Shown: positions 42,369 through 52,763, counted from the first letter of the stretch. The stretch: 64,000 nt of DNA from an uncultured Candidatus Rokubacteria bacterium (GCA_963805625.1 CAWDVE010000019.1:544001-608000), one strand, 5' to 3'. Numbers and translations are program-made. Notes: generated by a model not told the origin, from the letters alone.

Positions 42369-42393
42369 GGAACGATCTCCTCGAGTCCGGGCG

Positions 42394-43161
42394 TTACCCC
42401 CGAAGCGTGCGCATGACCTCCTCGTTCGCCATCGCGGCGCCCGGATCGCCGTGGAAGATGATCTCGCCGCGGTCGATGGCGTAGAGCCGGTCGGCGATCC
42501 GGCTCGCGGTGGCGAGGTTCGACTCGGCGATCAGGAGCGAGATCCCCATGTCCTTGATCCGCCGCGCCGTGTCGATGAACCGGCTCACGACGACGGGGGC
42601 GAGCCCCTCGAACGGCTCGTCCAGCAAGAGGATCGATGGCGACAGCGTCAGGGCCCGGGCGATGGCCACCATCTTCTTCTGGCCGCCGGAGAGGTTGAGG
42701 CCACGGCGGCTCAGGAACTGCCGCACCTCGGGGAACAGGTCGAACACGCGCTGGTCGACGCTCGTTCCCGCCGCGATCGAGCCCCTCCGCGCGGCGGCGA
42801 CGAGCGACTGGCTGATCTCGAAGTTCTCGGCGACCGTCAGGTCAGGGAAGATGCCGGCGTCCTCAGGCGCGTAGCCGATTCCGAGGCGGGCGCGCTCGTA
42901 CGTGGGGAGCCGCGTGATGTCCCGGTCATTCAGGAGGACCCGGCCGCTCCGCACCGGGAGGATCCCCATCGTGCTTTCGATCGTCGTCGTCTTGCCGGCG
43001 CCGTTCCGCCCCACCAGGCAGACCGCCTCGCCCGCGCCGACGCGAAGGGAGACGCCCTGAAGGACGTGCGCGGCGCCCCGGTACGTGTGGATGTCGTGCA
43101 GGTCCAGCGCGTTCATTGTGCCCGCCTTGTCCGGCGGCGCGCCGCGGGCTGAGGCGCTCAC
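42394..43161 (-). CDS. livF: Branched-chain amino acid ABC transporter ATPase (LivF-like)
   Basis: GRNGAGKTT, LSGGQ, LLLDEPFEGLAP; alternative start ATG 43116. Confidence 0.92.
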   Translation of the reverse strand: MSASARGAPPDKAGTMNALDLHDIHTYRGAAHVLQGVSLRVGAGEAVCLVGRNGAGKTTTIESTMGILPVRSGRVLLNDRDITRLPTYERARLGIGYAPEDAGIFPDLTVAENFEISQSLVAAARRGSIAAGTSVDQRVFDLFPEVRQFLSRRGLNLSGGQKKMVAIARALTLSPSILLLDEPFEGLAPVVVSRFIDTARRIKDMGISLLIAESNLATASRIADRLYAIDRGEIIFHGDPGAAMANEEVMRTLRG

Positions 43162-43164
43162 GCT

Positions 43165-43926
43165 CTAGCCCTGAGGGGCCGCATGGGTACCGAGAAGCGT
43201 CATGGCAACCTGCTCGTTTCGCCGGATTTCATCCGGCGTGCCGGAGGCGAGAACCGCTCCCTGGTGCATGGCGACGATGCGATCGGAGTAGCGGAACACG
43301 ATGTCCATATCGTGCTCGATCACCACGGCGGTGATCCCCTCGGCTCGCACGACGGCCGTGATGATGTCCATGATCGGCGCCTTCTCCCGTGTGCTGACGC
43401 CGCTCGTCGGCTCGTCGAGGAACAGGAGTTTCGGGCGGAGCGCGTAGGCCACGGCGACGTCGAGGAGCTTCCGCTCGCCCTGCGAGATGGAACCGGCCAG
43501 CACGGGAGCATGGGCCTCCAGACCGAACTGGCGGAGCACGGCGACGGCCTCGTCTCGCACCGCGCCATCCCGGTCCGCCAGCGTCCACAGCCAGCGCGTC
43601 TTGCCCTGGCGCGAGAAGATCGTCAAGGCGATGTTGTCGAGAACCGTCAGATGGTCGAAGAGGTTCACCAGCTGGAAGCTGCGCGCGATGCCGACGCGGA
43701 TCCGCTCGTTGATCGACTGGCGCGTGATGTCGTGCCCGTCGAACACGAGGGCGCCGCGGTCCGCCGGGAAGAAGCCGCTGATGAGGTTCACGAGCGTGGT
43801 CTTCCCGGCGCCGTTCGATCCGATGAGACCCAGGAACTCGCCCCGCTGGATCGTGAGCGTGACGTCGTCGACGGCCCGGTTGTCCCCAAACGCCTTGGTG
43901 ATGTTGCGAATCTCGAGGAGGCTCAT
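43165..43926 (-). CDS. livG: Branched-chain amino acid ABC transporter ATPase (LivG-like)
   Basis: GSNGAGKTT, GIARSFQ, LFLDEPTSG, IEHDMD. Confidence 0.92.
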   Translation of the reverse strand: MSLLEIRNITKAFGDNRAVDDVTLTIQRGEFLGLIGSNGAGKTTLVNLISGFFPADRGALVFDGHDITRQSINERIRVGIARSFQLVNLFDHLTVLDNIALTIFSRQGKTRWLWTLADRDGAVRDEAVAVLRQFGLEAHAPVLAGSISQGERKLLDVAVAYALRPKLLFLDEPTSGVSTREKAPIMDIITAVVRAEGITAVVIEHDMDIVFRYSDRIVAMHQGAVLASGTPDEIRRNEQVAMTLLGTHAAPQG

Positions 43927-44948
43927 GCCCGGCGGCTCCTTCGCAGCCACGCGAGCAGCTGCCCGGCGGTCCCCACGAGCCCCGTGGGCATCGTCAGGAC
44001 GAGGGCGACGAGGATGACCCCCAGGACCAGCTGCCAGTAGACGGTGGCGCTGACCGCGAACACCTCCAGGTAGTTGAAGACGAAGGCCCCCACCACCGGG
44101 CCCCAGAAGGTGCGGAAGCCCCCCAGCACGGCCATGAAGACGATGCGGCCGGAGAAGGGCCAGTAGAGGACCTCCGGGGTCGTCAGCCCGTTCAGGGGGA
44201 CCCAGAGGACGCCCGCGAGGCCCGTGAATGCTCCCGAGACCAGGAAGGCGACGTACCGGTAGCGCCGGACCTGAACGCCGACGAACTCTGCCCGCACCTC
44301 GTTGTCGCGGATCGCCTGCAGCGCCTTCCCGAACGGCGAGTGCACGATCACCCACATGACTGCCGTCGCCACGACGAAGACCGCGAGGACGTAGTAGTAG
44401 TAACGGTACGCCAGGAATTCGATCTTGTCCGCCTGGACGCCGAAGGCCTGCGTGAAAGCGCCGCCGAGCAAGGTCGGGGTGGGCACGCGGAGGCCGTCGC
44501 TCCCTCCCGTCACCCAGAAGAGCTTCATCGCGAGGCTCCAGAGCACCTGCGAGAGGGCCAGCGCGAGGATCCCGAAGAAGATCCGCGTGTAACGGACGCA
44601 TACTGCCCCGATCAGCGCGGCCACCAGCAGAGAGGCCAGCACCCCGCCGACGATGAAGGCCTCCATCGACCGGATGCCCCAGTACTTCACCAGAAACGCC
44701 GCGGCGTAGGCGCCGGTGCCGAAGAAGGCCGAGTGCCCGAACGACAGGAGCCCCGTGTACCCGAGCAGGAGGTTGAAGCCCAGCGCCGCGATCCCGAGGA
44801 TCAGCCCGTACGACACCTGGAGGGTGTCGAACGGGGGCAGGATCAGCGGGAGCACGCCGAGAACCAGGAGGCTGAAGGCCACGCCCGCCAGGCGACGGGG
44901 CGTCAGGAGCGCCTGGGTGGCGGCCGCGACCGATCCGCGGGCGCTCAT
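43923..44948 (-). CDS. livM: Branched-chain amino acid ABC permease (LivM-like)
   Basis: GYTGLLSFGHSAFFG, TGGSDGL, SPFGKALQAIRDNE. Confidence 0.93.
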   Translation of the reverse strand: MSARGSVAAATQALLTPRRLAGVAFSLLVLGVLPLILPPFDTLQVSYGLILGIAALGFNLLLGYTGLLSFGHSAFFGTGAYAAAFLVKYWGIRSMEAFIVGGVLASLLVAALIGAVCVRYTRIFFGILALALSQVLWSLAMKLFWVTGGSDGLRVPTPTLLGGAFTQAFGVQADKIEFLAYRYYYYVLAVFVVATAVMWVIVHSPFGKALQAIRDNEVRAEFVGVQVRRYRYVAFLVSGAFTGLAGVLWVPLNGLTTPEVLYWPFSGRIVFMAVLGGFRTFWGPVVGAFVFNYLEVFAVSATVYWQLVLGVILVALVLTMPTGLVGTAGQLLAWLRRSRRA

Positions 44949-45820
44949 GCGCGTCCGAACAGGCCGGCCGGCCGGAAGAAGAGGACGACCGCCGCGATGA
45001 GATAGAGGAGGGCGAGCTCGACCTCCGCGAAATACGTGATGCCGACCGTCCGGACCGCGCCCACGATCACCGCACCTACCAGCGCCCCTTCCAGCGACCC
45101 GAGGCCGCCGATGACCACGACGACGAACGCGAGGATGAGGGCCTCGACGCCCATGCCCAGCACCGCCCCCGAGATGGGCATGACCACCGCGCCGCCCAGA
45201 CCCGCCATGAAGCACCCGATCGTGAACGCCTGCACGTAGACACGTTTGACGTTGACCCCGAGGGCCGCCGCCATGCGCATGTCCTGGGAGGTCGCCCGGA
45301 GCATCACACCGAAGCGGGTCTTGTACACGAAGGCCCAGAGGCCCGCGGCGGCAAGGGCGCCGACCAGAATGACGAAGATGTTGTAGCCGGGGTACGTCGC
45401 CCCCAGGATGGTGATGCTGCCGAGCGCGTCCGAGAGCGCACTGGCCGTGAGGGGATGCGGCCCCCAGACGAGGCGGAGCAAGTCTTCGAGAATCAGGAGG
45501 AGCCCGAACGTGATGAGGAGCTGGTACTCCTCCGCCCGCCGGTAGAGCGGCCGCAGCATCGTCGGCTCGAGGATCGCGCCGGCCAGCGCGGCGGCCCCCG
45601 CCCCGATCAGCAAGAGCAGGAAGAGGGCGGCTGGCGGAAACACGCCCGCCAGGAGGCCGACGATCCACGCGGCCACGTAGGCGCCGAGCGCGTAGAGGTT
45701 GCCGTGGGCCATGTTCACGATGCGCATGACGCCGTAGACCAGGGTGAGCCCGCATGCGATGAGGAAGAGGATGGACGCGTAGAAGAGCGAGTTCAGGATG
45801 TGGATGACTAGCGTGTCCAC
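44945..45820 (-). CDS. livH: Branched-chain amino acid ABC permease (LivH-like)
   Basis: GLTLVYGVMRIVNMAHG, TRFGVMLRA, FVVVVIGGLGS. Confidence 0.93.
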   Translation of the reverse strand: MDTLVIHILNSLFYASILFLIACGLTLVYGVMRIVNMAHGNLYALGAYVAAWIVGLLAGVFPPAALFLLLLIGAGAAALAGAILEPTMLRPLYRRAEEYQLLITFGLLLILEDLLRLVWGPHPLTASALSDALGSITILGATYPGYNIFVILVGALAAAGLWAFVYKTRFGVMLRATSQDMRMAAALGVNVKRVYVQAFTIGCFMAGLGGAVVMPISGAVLGMGVEALILAFVVVVIGGLGSLEGALVGAVIVGAVRTVGITYFAEVELALLYLIAAVVLFFRPAGLFGRA

Positions 45821-48060
45821 GGGACCACCTTCACGGGCAGGTTGGTGCGGTTGTCGTCGACGGCGAGCGCGACGAGGGCCACATAGTGGCCCGGTCGGTC
45901 CACCGCGCGGAGGTCGATGCGGTAGTCCCCAGGGTCGCTCGCCTCCACGGTTCCCGCGGCGGCCACCGCGCCGTCCGGCCCCACCACGACGTAGTGGCCG
46001 ACCGGCAGGCTCCGACGATCCTGCTCGAGGACGCGCTTGACGAACGGCTCACGGACGATCTGGTACTCGCGACCGAAGCGGTCCAGCCGCTCCACCTCGG
46101 CCTTCAGCACGAGCTCGTCGGCGCGAGCCTCGACCGCCGTGACGAAGGCACGAAGCGGGAGCGCGTGGCTGTTGAAGGCGCCGAGGCCCCTCGGATAGGA
46201 GAGATCCCGGAACACCTGGAGAACGCTCGCGTCCTCCGTCCAGCTCGCGAGCCGGTACGGCCCGTTCGTGACGAGAAAGTGTCCCGACGCGTCGTGGAAG
46301 GCGCGGAGCGCCGCCCACCGCGCCTCTGCCTCCTCGGGCGTGACCCGGCCGACGAGCGCGGCCGGCACGTGCCGACGCGCGGCCAGCTCGTCGAGGAGCG
46401 CGCGAAGCCGCGGACCGAGCGCTCGGTCACGGACCAGATCGAGCCAGGGCACGCCGCGCGCCTGGGCGTTCTCGCGCGAGAAGGCCGCGAGGCCGCGGGC
46501 GACCGCCTCCTCCGCGAGGGCCAGCAGGGGCCAGGGTACGGTCGTCCAGGGCGGTGCGATCAGGGCCGTCTCGGCCGGGTTTGCTGACGGCCGGTCGACG
46601 AATACCTCCACGATCGGCACCTCGTAGGTGAGCTTGTCCTCGCCGAACGCGAGCACATCGGTCTCGGTCCGCAGGATCCGCAGCGCCGCCAGGCGCTCGC
46701 GCATTCGTGCCGTGGCACGCATCACCGCCGGATCCTGGGTGCGCCAGGCGAGACCGAGCGCGTAGAGGAGGTCCGTGGCCTCGAGCTTCGTGTTGTCGTG
46801 GAAGCGGGAGGCGAGCACCCGGTAGACCACGCGCGCGCCGGCACGCCGGCCGGGACCGACCGCGCGGAGGGCGCCGGTGCCCCGCTCGACCGCGAGCGCC
46901 TCCTCGGGCACCGCCACGTCCGGGGCGCCGAGCTCCACCGAGGCGACGGTCACGCGGTTCGGGATCCAGCCGGTCCCGTGGGGGGAGGGGAAGAGGGCGG
47001 GATCGCCGAGCGTGAGCCAGAGGAGCCGGCCGGCCGGATCGGTGAAGCCTGCCACCGGGTTCCAGGCGGCCGAGGGGGGCTCCGGCACGCCGACCGTCAG
47101 CCAGCCGTTCCACGGAAAGTCCTTGAGCTTGACCGTTCGCGGGAAGATCGCCGAGCCCAGGCCGGCCTGCGCGTCGTAGGCGGCGTTCTCGATGCCGCCC
47201 GAGTAGTCCGCGTTCAACGATTCCGCTCTGAGCGTGTAGCCGGCGATGGTGCGCTCGCACCCTGCGCGCAGCGTCGAGACCAGCTCGCGCTGGAGCGTCA
47301 ATCGCTGGCGCTCTGGCACGTTCTCGCCGGCCGCGAGCCGCTCGTGGAGGGCATCGGCCCGCCGCCGGGTGTCCAGATCGCCCACGCCGTCGCGGAGGAC
47401 GAGGTAGGCGTGGTGCCAGCCCATCTTGAGCCCCGGAGCGCCCGGGCTCCCGTTGGGCCCCACCGCGGCCTCTGCCCACAACGGCGCGATCTCCACGGTC
47501 TCGACGGCGGCGTCCCAGTCGGCACCGGCGGCCCGGTGCGCCGGCGGGATGAGCGCCGCGGCGCTGGGATCTCCCGCCCGGACGCGAAGCGGAGGGCCGT
47601 CCCACCCGACAGGGGCGCTCGCCGCGGCGGCGAGGTCGGCGTGCTGGAGATAGTCGGGGTGATACGGGGTTACCGGGTACGGATGCGGCCGGTACCCGGG
47701 GGCGGCTGTCAGAGCCTCGGCCACCGCGCGAGCCGCGGCGCACCGGCGCCCGGGATCGCCCGGGAACCGAGCTGTCGGGTTGAGCGCGATCACCACGTAC
47801 GCGGCCAGAGATTCCGCTCGAGCGACGGTGGGCGGGACGGGGCTGCCGGCGAAAGGGTCGGCCCCGAGATAGGCATGAAGCGACCCATCGGCGAGCTTTG
47901 CGGGGACTGCGGCTTGGCTGAGCACGCTGAGCGTGATCTCCTGCGGATAGTAGGAGGGATAGAAGGGGAACTCGTGCCCGGCCCGCGCGGGGAGGGTGGG
48001 ATAGAGCCACACGGCCAGCGCCGTGGCGAGGAACGCGGCACGGCGCGGACTCGGTCTCAT
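45808..48060 (-). CDS. Large exported protein, possibly a family-5 (Opp/Dpp-like) SBP homolog, inside the Liv operon
   Basis: Signal peptide ending ARA; WNPVAGFTD...GDPA, FHDNTKLEATDLLY and NGPYRLASW resemble SBP_bac_5 N-lobe motifs. Confidence 0.6.
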   Translation of the reverse strand: MRPSPRRAAFLATALAVWLYPTLPARAGHEFPFYPSYYPQEITLSVLSQAAVPAKLADGSLHAYLGADPFAGSPVPPTVARAESLAAYVVIALNPTARFPGDPGRRCAAARAVAEALTAAPGYRPHPYPVTPYHPDYLQHADLAAAASAPVGWDGPPLRVRAGDPSAAALIPPAHRAAGADWDAAVETVEIAPLWAEAAVGPNGSPGAPGLKMGWHHAYLVLRDGVGDLDTRRRADALHERLAAGENVPERQRLTLQRELVSTLRAGCERTIAGYTLRAESLNADYSGGIENAAYDAQAGLGSAIFPRTVKLKDFPWNGWLTVGVPEPPSAAWNPVAGFTDPAGRLLWLTLGDPALFPSPHGTGWIPNRVTVASVELGAPDVAVPEEALAVERGTGALRAVGPGRRAGARVVYRVLASRFHDNTKLEATDLLYALGLAWRTQDPAVMRATARMRERLAALRILRTETDVLAFGEDKLTYEVPIVEVFVDRPSANPAETALIAPPWTTVPWPLLALAEEAVARGLAAFSRENAQARGVPWLDLVRDRALGPRLRALLDELAARRHVPAALVGRVTPEEAEARWAALRAFHDASGHFLVTNGPYRLASWTEDASVLQVFRDLSYPRGLGAFNSHALPLRAFVTAVEARADELVLKAEVERLDRFGREYQIVREPFVKRVLEQDRRSLPVGHYVVVGPDGAVAAAGTVEASDPGDYRIDLRAVDRPGHYVALVALAVDDNRTNLPVKVVPWTR

Positions 48061-48163
48061 GACGGAGTGAATTGGCTCCTCACTGGCTCGGTCAGGTCGG
48101 ATCGGGTCCCGGTGGGACGCGGGTCCCGGCAGGCATCGCCCGCCGGGACCCGGAGGATCTCAG

Positions 48164-49537
48164 CTACGCAGTCGCCTGCGGCCAGGTCTCCTCGATCCAC
48201 TTGAAGGTCGCCGTCGGCTCGCCTTTCGGCCAGCCCGGCGGTGCCGTGACGTTGCGGATCGGCACCGTGATCACTCGCTTGGGGTCCATGACCGGGAAGG
48301 GATAGTCCGGTGAGTTCCAGAGATATCCGGTGATGGCGTCCTTGTACCCCTGGTGGTTGTCTGGTCGGATGTGGATGTAGCCGGCCGGTGACTCCCAGGA
48401 CAGACCCTCGAGCATGGCGATGATGGCGTCCTCGTCGGGCCAGCCGCCCATCAGCCGGTTCGCCTTTTCGATCGCGAGTTTCAACATGTACAACGCGGTG
48501 TACGCGCCCTCCGCCTCGAAGTTCGGGTACTCCTTCCAGCGCTCGTGGAACTTCTTGACGAATTGCACGTTCAGTGGCCACCGGTTGCCCGCTGGGTGGA
48601 GGAAGTGGTAGTTGGCGTGGACGCCAGCCACGATCCCCTCCGGGTGGTCTTTGCCGATGGCGTGGGGAGCGATGCCGAAGGCCAGACTGGTGGCCACCTT
48701 CATCTTCTTGAAGAGGTCGTAGCGGAGCGCCTGCTTGTAGAAGGCGATGTAGTCGCCGCCCCAGACCGAGACGTAGAGCAGGTCGGGCTTAGCCGAGATC
48801 GTCTTCGTGATGTGGGCCGTGAACTCGGTCGTGCCAAGCTTGGGCCACGCCTCCGATACGACGTCCAGCTTGCCCGGGATGAGCTTCTTCATCACGATGT
48901 TGAAGTGATCGAATGCGTTCCGGCCGTACGAGTAGTCGGGGTGGAGGTGGGCGATCTTTCGCGACTCGGGCCAGGCGGTGGCGGCACCGATGGCGGCCAT
49001 CGCGCCGTCCGCTGACTGGATGTTCGTGAGGCGGAAGACGTAGTGCGGATCCGGGACGGCCTTCTCGAACAGGAAGTCCGTGCAGCCGTCGGTGAAGAGG
49101 GTCAGGCACTTCACCTCCTCGGCCACGGGGCCGAGGGCCGGCGTGTTGCCGCTCGAGATGACCCCGGTGAAGCAGTCGATCTTCTCCGACAGCTTCATCC
49201 GGCGGAGCTCCTTGACGTTCGCATCGGTCCCAGCCGCCTCGTCGGCCTTGATCGTCTCGATCTGGCGCTTGCCGAGGAGCCCGCCCTGCGCGTTGATCTC
49301 CTCCGCGGCGAGGATGTGGCCCTTGTAGCTCTGCTCGCCGAGCACGGCGGCGGGGCCCGTGAAGAAGGTCATGTGGCCGGTCTTGTAGGGCGTGCTCGGG
49401 ATGTTGCCCTTCGGGGTGAACTTCTGCTGCGCCTCCGCCGCCTTCGGCGTCACGATCGAGCCGGCACTGGCGGCGGCGGCTCCGATCGTCACGCCCAGGC
49501 GCTTGAGGAGATCGCGTCGGGTGACCTGCTCTGCCAT
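48164..49537 (-). CDS. Tat-exported LivJ/K-like ABC substrate-binding protein
   Basis: TRRDLLK Tat motif; AAEEINAQGGLLG, DYSYGR; RBS AGGAGG. Confidence 0.92.
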   Translation of the reverse strand: MAEQVTRRDLLKRLGVTIGAAAASAGSIVTPKAAEAQQKFTPKGNIPSTPYKTGHMTFFTGPAAVLGEQSYKGHILAAEEINAQGGLLGKRQIETIKADEAAGTDANVKELRRMKLSEKIDCFTGVISSGNTPALGPVAEEVKCLTLFTDGCTDFLFEKAVPDPHYVFRLTNIQSADGAMAAIGAATAWPESRKIAHLHPDYSYGRNAFDHFNIVMKKLIPGKLDVVSEAWPKLGTTEFTAHITKTISAKPDLLYVSVWGGDYIAFYKQALRYDLFKKMKVATSLAFGIAPHAIGKDHPEGIVAGVHANYHFLHPAGNRWPLNVQFVKKFHERWKEYPNFEAEGAYTALYMLKLAIEKANRLMGGWPDEDAIIAMLEGLSWESPAGYIHIRPDNHQGYKDAITGYLWNSPDYPFPVMDPKRVITVPIRNVTAPPGWPKGEPTATFKWIEETWPQATA

Positions 49538-49639
49538 TGGGTGTCCTCCTTGCGTTGCGCTGCTATCGCGGGCCTGGGGCGCGGACCCTGGGGGATGGGG
49601 CCTCTTCGAGCCAGCTGGGGCGATCACGGAATGTTCGGC

Positions 49640-49669
49640 ATTGCACCACGGCACCTTCCGGGGTGTCAA
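49640..49669 (-). promoter_or_regulatory. Sigma70 promoter candidate for the Liv-type operon
   Basis: TTGACA-N18-TGCAAT with TGn extension. Confidence 0.55.
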
Positions 49670-49796
49670 GGCCACGGGAAGGGCCCCCCGAGTGCCGTCC
49701 GCTCGGCCCACGCCTTGCGCCTCCACCGCCGGGCGCGCTAAGGTCCCGTGGGGTCGCCGGGCTGCCGGGACGATCCCGGACGGGAGGGCGTGGCTC

Positions 49797-50894
49797 ATGA
49801 AGGCTGTCGTGCTGCCCGCGGTCGGGGCGCCGCTCGTGGTCGAGGACATCCCCGTCCCCGAGCCCCGGACCGGCGAGGTCCTCATTCGCGCCCGCGCCTG
49901 CGGCGTGTGTCACACGGATCTTCACGTCGTCAAGGGCGAGGTGAAGTTTCCCGTCCCGGCGGTGCTCGGGCACGAGGTGTCGGGGACGGTGGAAGCGGCC
50001 GGGGCGGGGGTAGCTGGGCTCGAGCGTGGCGCCCGGGTGGTCGCCTCCTTCATCATGCCGTGCAACCGCTGTCGCTTCTGTGCCGTCGGTCGCGACGACC
50101 TCTGCGAGACCTTCTTCGCGCTGAACCGCCTCAAGGGCGTCCTCTACGACGGCGAGAGCCGCCTCCGCCGCGCGGACGGCACCGTCCTGGCCATGTACAG
50201 CATGGGCGGCCTAGCCGAGTACTGCGTCGTGCCCGCCACCGACGTCTTCCGGGTCCCGGACGCGCTTCCGCTGGAGGAGGCCTGCATCCTCGGGTGCGCG
50301 ATCATGACCGCGTACGGCGCGGTGAAGCACCAGGCAGCGCTCCGGGCGTCCGAGACGGTGGCGGTCGTCGGCGCCGGGGGAGTGGGGTCGAACGTGATCC
50401 AGCTGGCGCGGCTGTTCGGCGCGCTGCGGGTCATCGCTGTCGACGTCCGGGCAGAGAAGCTCGACGCGGCCCGTCAGCTTGGGGCGACGGACGGTGTCGA
50501 CGCGAGCGCCGGGGATGCCGTCGCCGAGGTGCGGCGGCTCACCGGCGGCGAGGGCGTCGACGTCGCCTTCGAGGCGCTGGGGCGGCCCGAGACGGTGACG
50601 GCCGCCTTCAAGATGGCGCGGGACGGCGGTCGCGTCGTGGTGATCGGCATCGCGGCCGGTGCCACGCCGGCGCCCATCGAGATCACGCACCTCGTGCGCC
50701 GGGGGATCCGGCTCCAGGGATCCTACGGCGCGCGCGTGCGGGGCGACATGCCGGAGATCGTGAGCCTGGCGGCCGCCGGGCGGATCAGCGTGACTCAGCC
50801 CATCTCCCGTCGCTACCGCCTCGACCAGGCGGACGAGGCCTACCGGGCGCTCGATCGCGGGCAGATCACGGGGCGCGCGATCGTGGTGATGTAG
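49797..50894 (+). CDS. Zinc-dependent alcohol dehydrogenase (MDR family)
   Basis: GVCHTDLH, GHEVSG, CNRCRFC...C structural Zn, GAGGVG. Confidence 0.94.
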   Translation: MKAVVLPAVGAPLVVEDIPVPEPRTGEVLIRARACGVCHTDLHVVKGEVKFPVPAVLGHEVSGTVEAAGAGVAGLERGARVVASFIMPCNRCRFCAVGRDDLCETFFALNRLKGVLYDGESRLRRADGTVLAMYSMGGLAEYCVVPATDVFRVPDALPLEEACILGCAIMTAYGAVKHQAALRASETVAVVGAGGVGSNVIQLARLFGALRVIAVDVRAEKLDAARQLGATDGVDASAGDAVAEVRRLTGGEGVDVAFEALGRPETVTAAFKMARDGGRVVVIGIAAGATPAPIEITHLVRRGIRLQGSYGARVRGDMPEIVSLAAAGRISVTQPISRRYRLDQADEAYRALDRGQITGRAIVVM

Positions 50895-50915
50895 TCTGGC
50901 TGGCAGGAGGCGGCG

Positions 50916-52763
50916 ATGACCGGATACGGGGGACGGACGCTTCACGTGGATCTCACCAGCGGGCGGAGCGAGGTGCGCCCGCTCGACGAGCGGACGGCGC
51001 GAGCCTTCCTCGGCGGGAACGGGCTGGCCGCGCGCCTCCTGTGGGAGGCGGCCGTGCCGGGAACCGACGCCTTCGATCCCGGCAACCCCGTTGCCCTCGC
51101 AGTGGGCCCGATCACGGACACGCTCGTTCCCGGCAACAGCCGCGCGTGTGTCGCCACCAAGTCGCCCCAGACGGGCCTGTTCTTCGACTCGACGTTCGGC
51201 GGCCGGTTCCCGGCCACGCTCAAGCGCACCGGCTTCGACGCTGTCGTGGTGACCGGGCGCGCCGAGCATCCGGTCTACCTCGCGGTGGACGAGGAGGGGG
51301 CGACTGTCCGGGACGCGCGGGGTGTGTGGGGAAAGACGACGCGTGACACGGTGGAGGCGATCCAGGCCGCCGACGGCGCCGAGACTGACGTGCTGGCCAT
51401 CGGCCCGGCCGGGGAGCATCGCGTTCGCTTCGCATGCCTCGCCCACTACTGGAAGAACCGCGAGGGCGTCGCCGGCCGCGGGGGCATCGGCGCCGTCTGG
51501 GGGGCGAAGCATCTGAAGGCCGTCACCGTCCGGGGGAGCCGGAAGACCGCTGTCGCCGACCCCGGGCGGCTCAAGCGGCTGGTGGACGAGACGCGCGAGC
51601 CCATGAAGAAGGGCACCGCCAACCTCTCGACGTACGGCACGCCGTTCCTCACCGGGCCCATCAACGCCATCGGCGCGCTCGGCGCCTACAACCTCAAGCA
51701 GGAGATCTACGCCGAGTGGGAGGCGATCGACGGGCGCTCGCTCAAGGAGCACTATCACGACCGGGACACGACCTGCCTCAAGTGCCCGGTCGCGTGCGGC
51801 AAGCAGTTCGCCGTCCCGGCCGACGTCCCGGTCTACGGCGGCGTCCGGGGGAAGATGCCCGAGTACGAGACCCTCTTCGCCTTCGGCTCGATGCTCGGCA
51901 ACGCGAACGCCCCCAGCATCGTCCACGCGAACATCCTGTGCGATCTTCTCGGGCTCGACTCGATCTCCATGGGCGTGACGCTTGCCTTCGTGGCCGAGTG
52001 CCTCGAGAAGGGGCTCCTGGCGCCGGACGACGTCGGCGGATCGTTCGGATGGGCGGACCACGCGGGAATGATCCGCCTGCTCGAGCAGACCGCGCGCCGC
52101 GAAGGATTCGGTGACCGTCTGGCCGAGGGCTCCTGGCGGCTGGCCCGGGAGATCGGGCGCGGGGCCGAGCGCCTGCCCTACGCGGTCAAGGGGCTCGAGC
52201 TACCCGCCCACTCGGCGCGCGCGCTGAAGGGCATGTCGATCGGGTACGCCACGGCGACTCGGGGCGGGAGCCACCACGACACCCGCCCCACGCCCCAGTA
52301 CGCGCAGGGGTTCGACCGCCGCTCGACGGGGGACAAGCCCGCCTTCGCGGCGAAGAGCCAGCACTTCACCGCGGTGGACGACAGCCTCGTCATGTGCCGG
52401 TTCACGTCGGAGCGCGGCTTCGGGCTCTTCCTGAACGAGGCCTACGCGGGGCTCCTCTCTGCGGTGACCGGCTGGACGGTGGACGTCGCGGAGCTCGAGC
52501 GGATCGGCGAGCGCATCGTCAACCTCGAGCGGCTGTTCGGCGTCCGGGAGGGGGTCCGCCGGAAGGACGACGTCCTACCGTGGAAGGTGATGCACGAGCC
52601 GATCCCGGACGGCCCGTCGGCGGGCATGCACTGCCCGCCCGAGGAGCTCAGCGAGATGCTCGACGCCTACTACGCGCTACGCGGCTGGGATGCCGACGGC
52701 GTGCCCACGCGGGAGCGCCTCACCGACCTCGGTCTCGACGCCGTGCCGGGTGTCCTCGGCTAG
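50916..52763 (+). CDS. aor: Tungsten-dependent aldehyde:ferredoxin oxidoreductase family protein
   Basis: KSPQTG, IGPAGE, AGRGGIGAVWGAKHLKA, CLKCPVAC, PEYET, DLLGLD, YYALRGWD. Confidence 0.93.
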   Translation: MTGYGGRTLHVDLTSGRSEVRPLDERTARAFLGGNGLAARLLWEAAVPGTDAFDPGNPVALAVGPITDTLVPGNSRACVATKSPQTGLFFDSTFGGRFPATLKRTGFDAVVVTGRAEHPVYLAVDEEGATVRDARGVWGKTTRDTVEAIQAADGAETDVLAIGPAGEHRVRFACLAHYWKNREGVAGRGGIGAVWGAKHLKAVTVRGSRKTAVADPGRLKRLVDETREPMKKGTANLSTYGTPFLTGPINAIGALGAYNLKQEIYAEWEAIDGRSLKEHYHDRDTTCLKCPVACGKQFAVPADVPVYGGVRGKMPEYETLFAFGSMLGNANAPSIVHANILCDLLGLDSISMGVTLAFVAECLEKGLLAPDDVGGSFGWADHAGMIRLLEQTARREGFGDRLAEGSWRLAREIGRGAERLPYAVKGLELPAHSARALKGMSIGYATATRGGSHHDTRPTPQYAQGFDRRSTGDKPAFAAKSQHFTAVDDSLVMCRFTSERGFGLFLNEAYAGLLSAVTGWTVDVAELERIGERIVNLERLFGVREGVRRKDDVLPWKVMHEPIPDGPSAGMHCPPEELSEMLDAYYALRGWDADGVPTRERLTDLGLDAVPGVLG

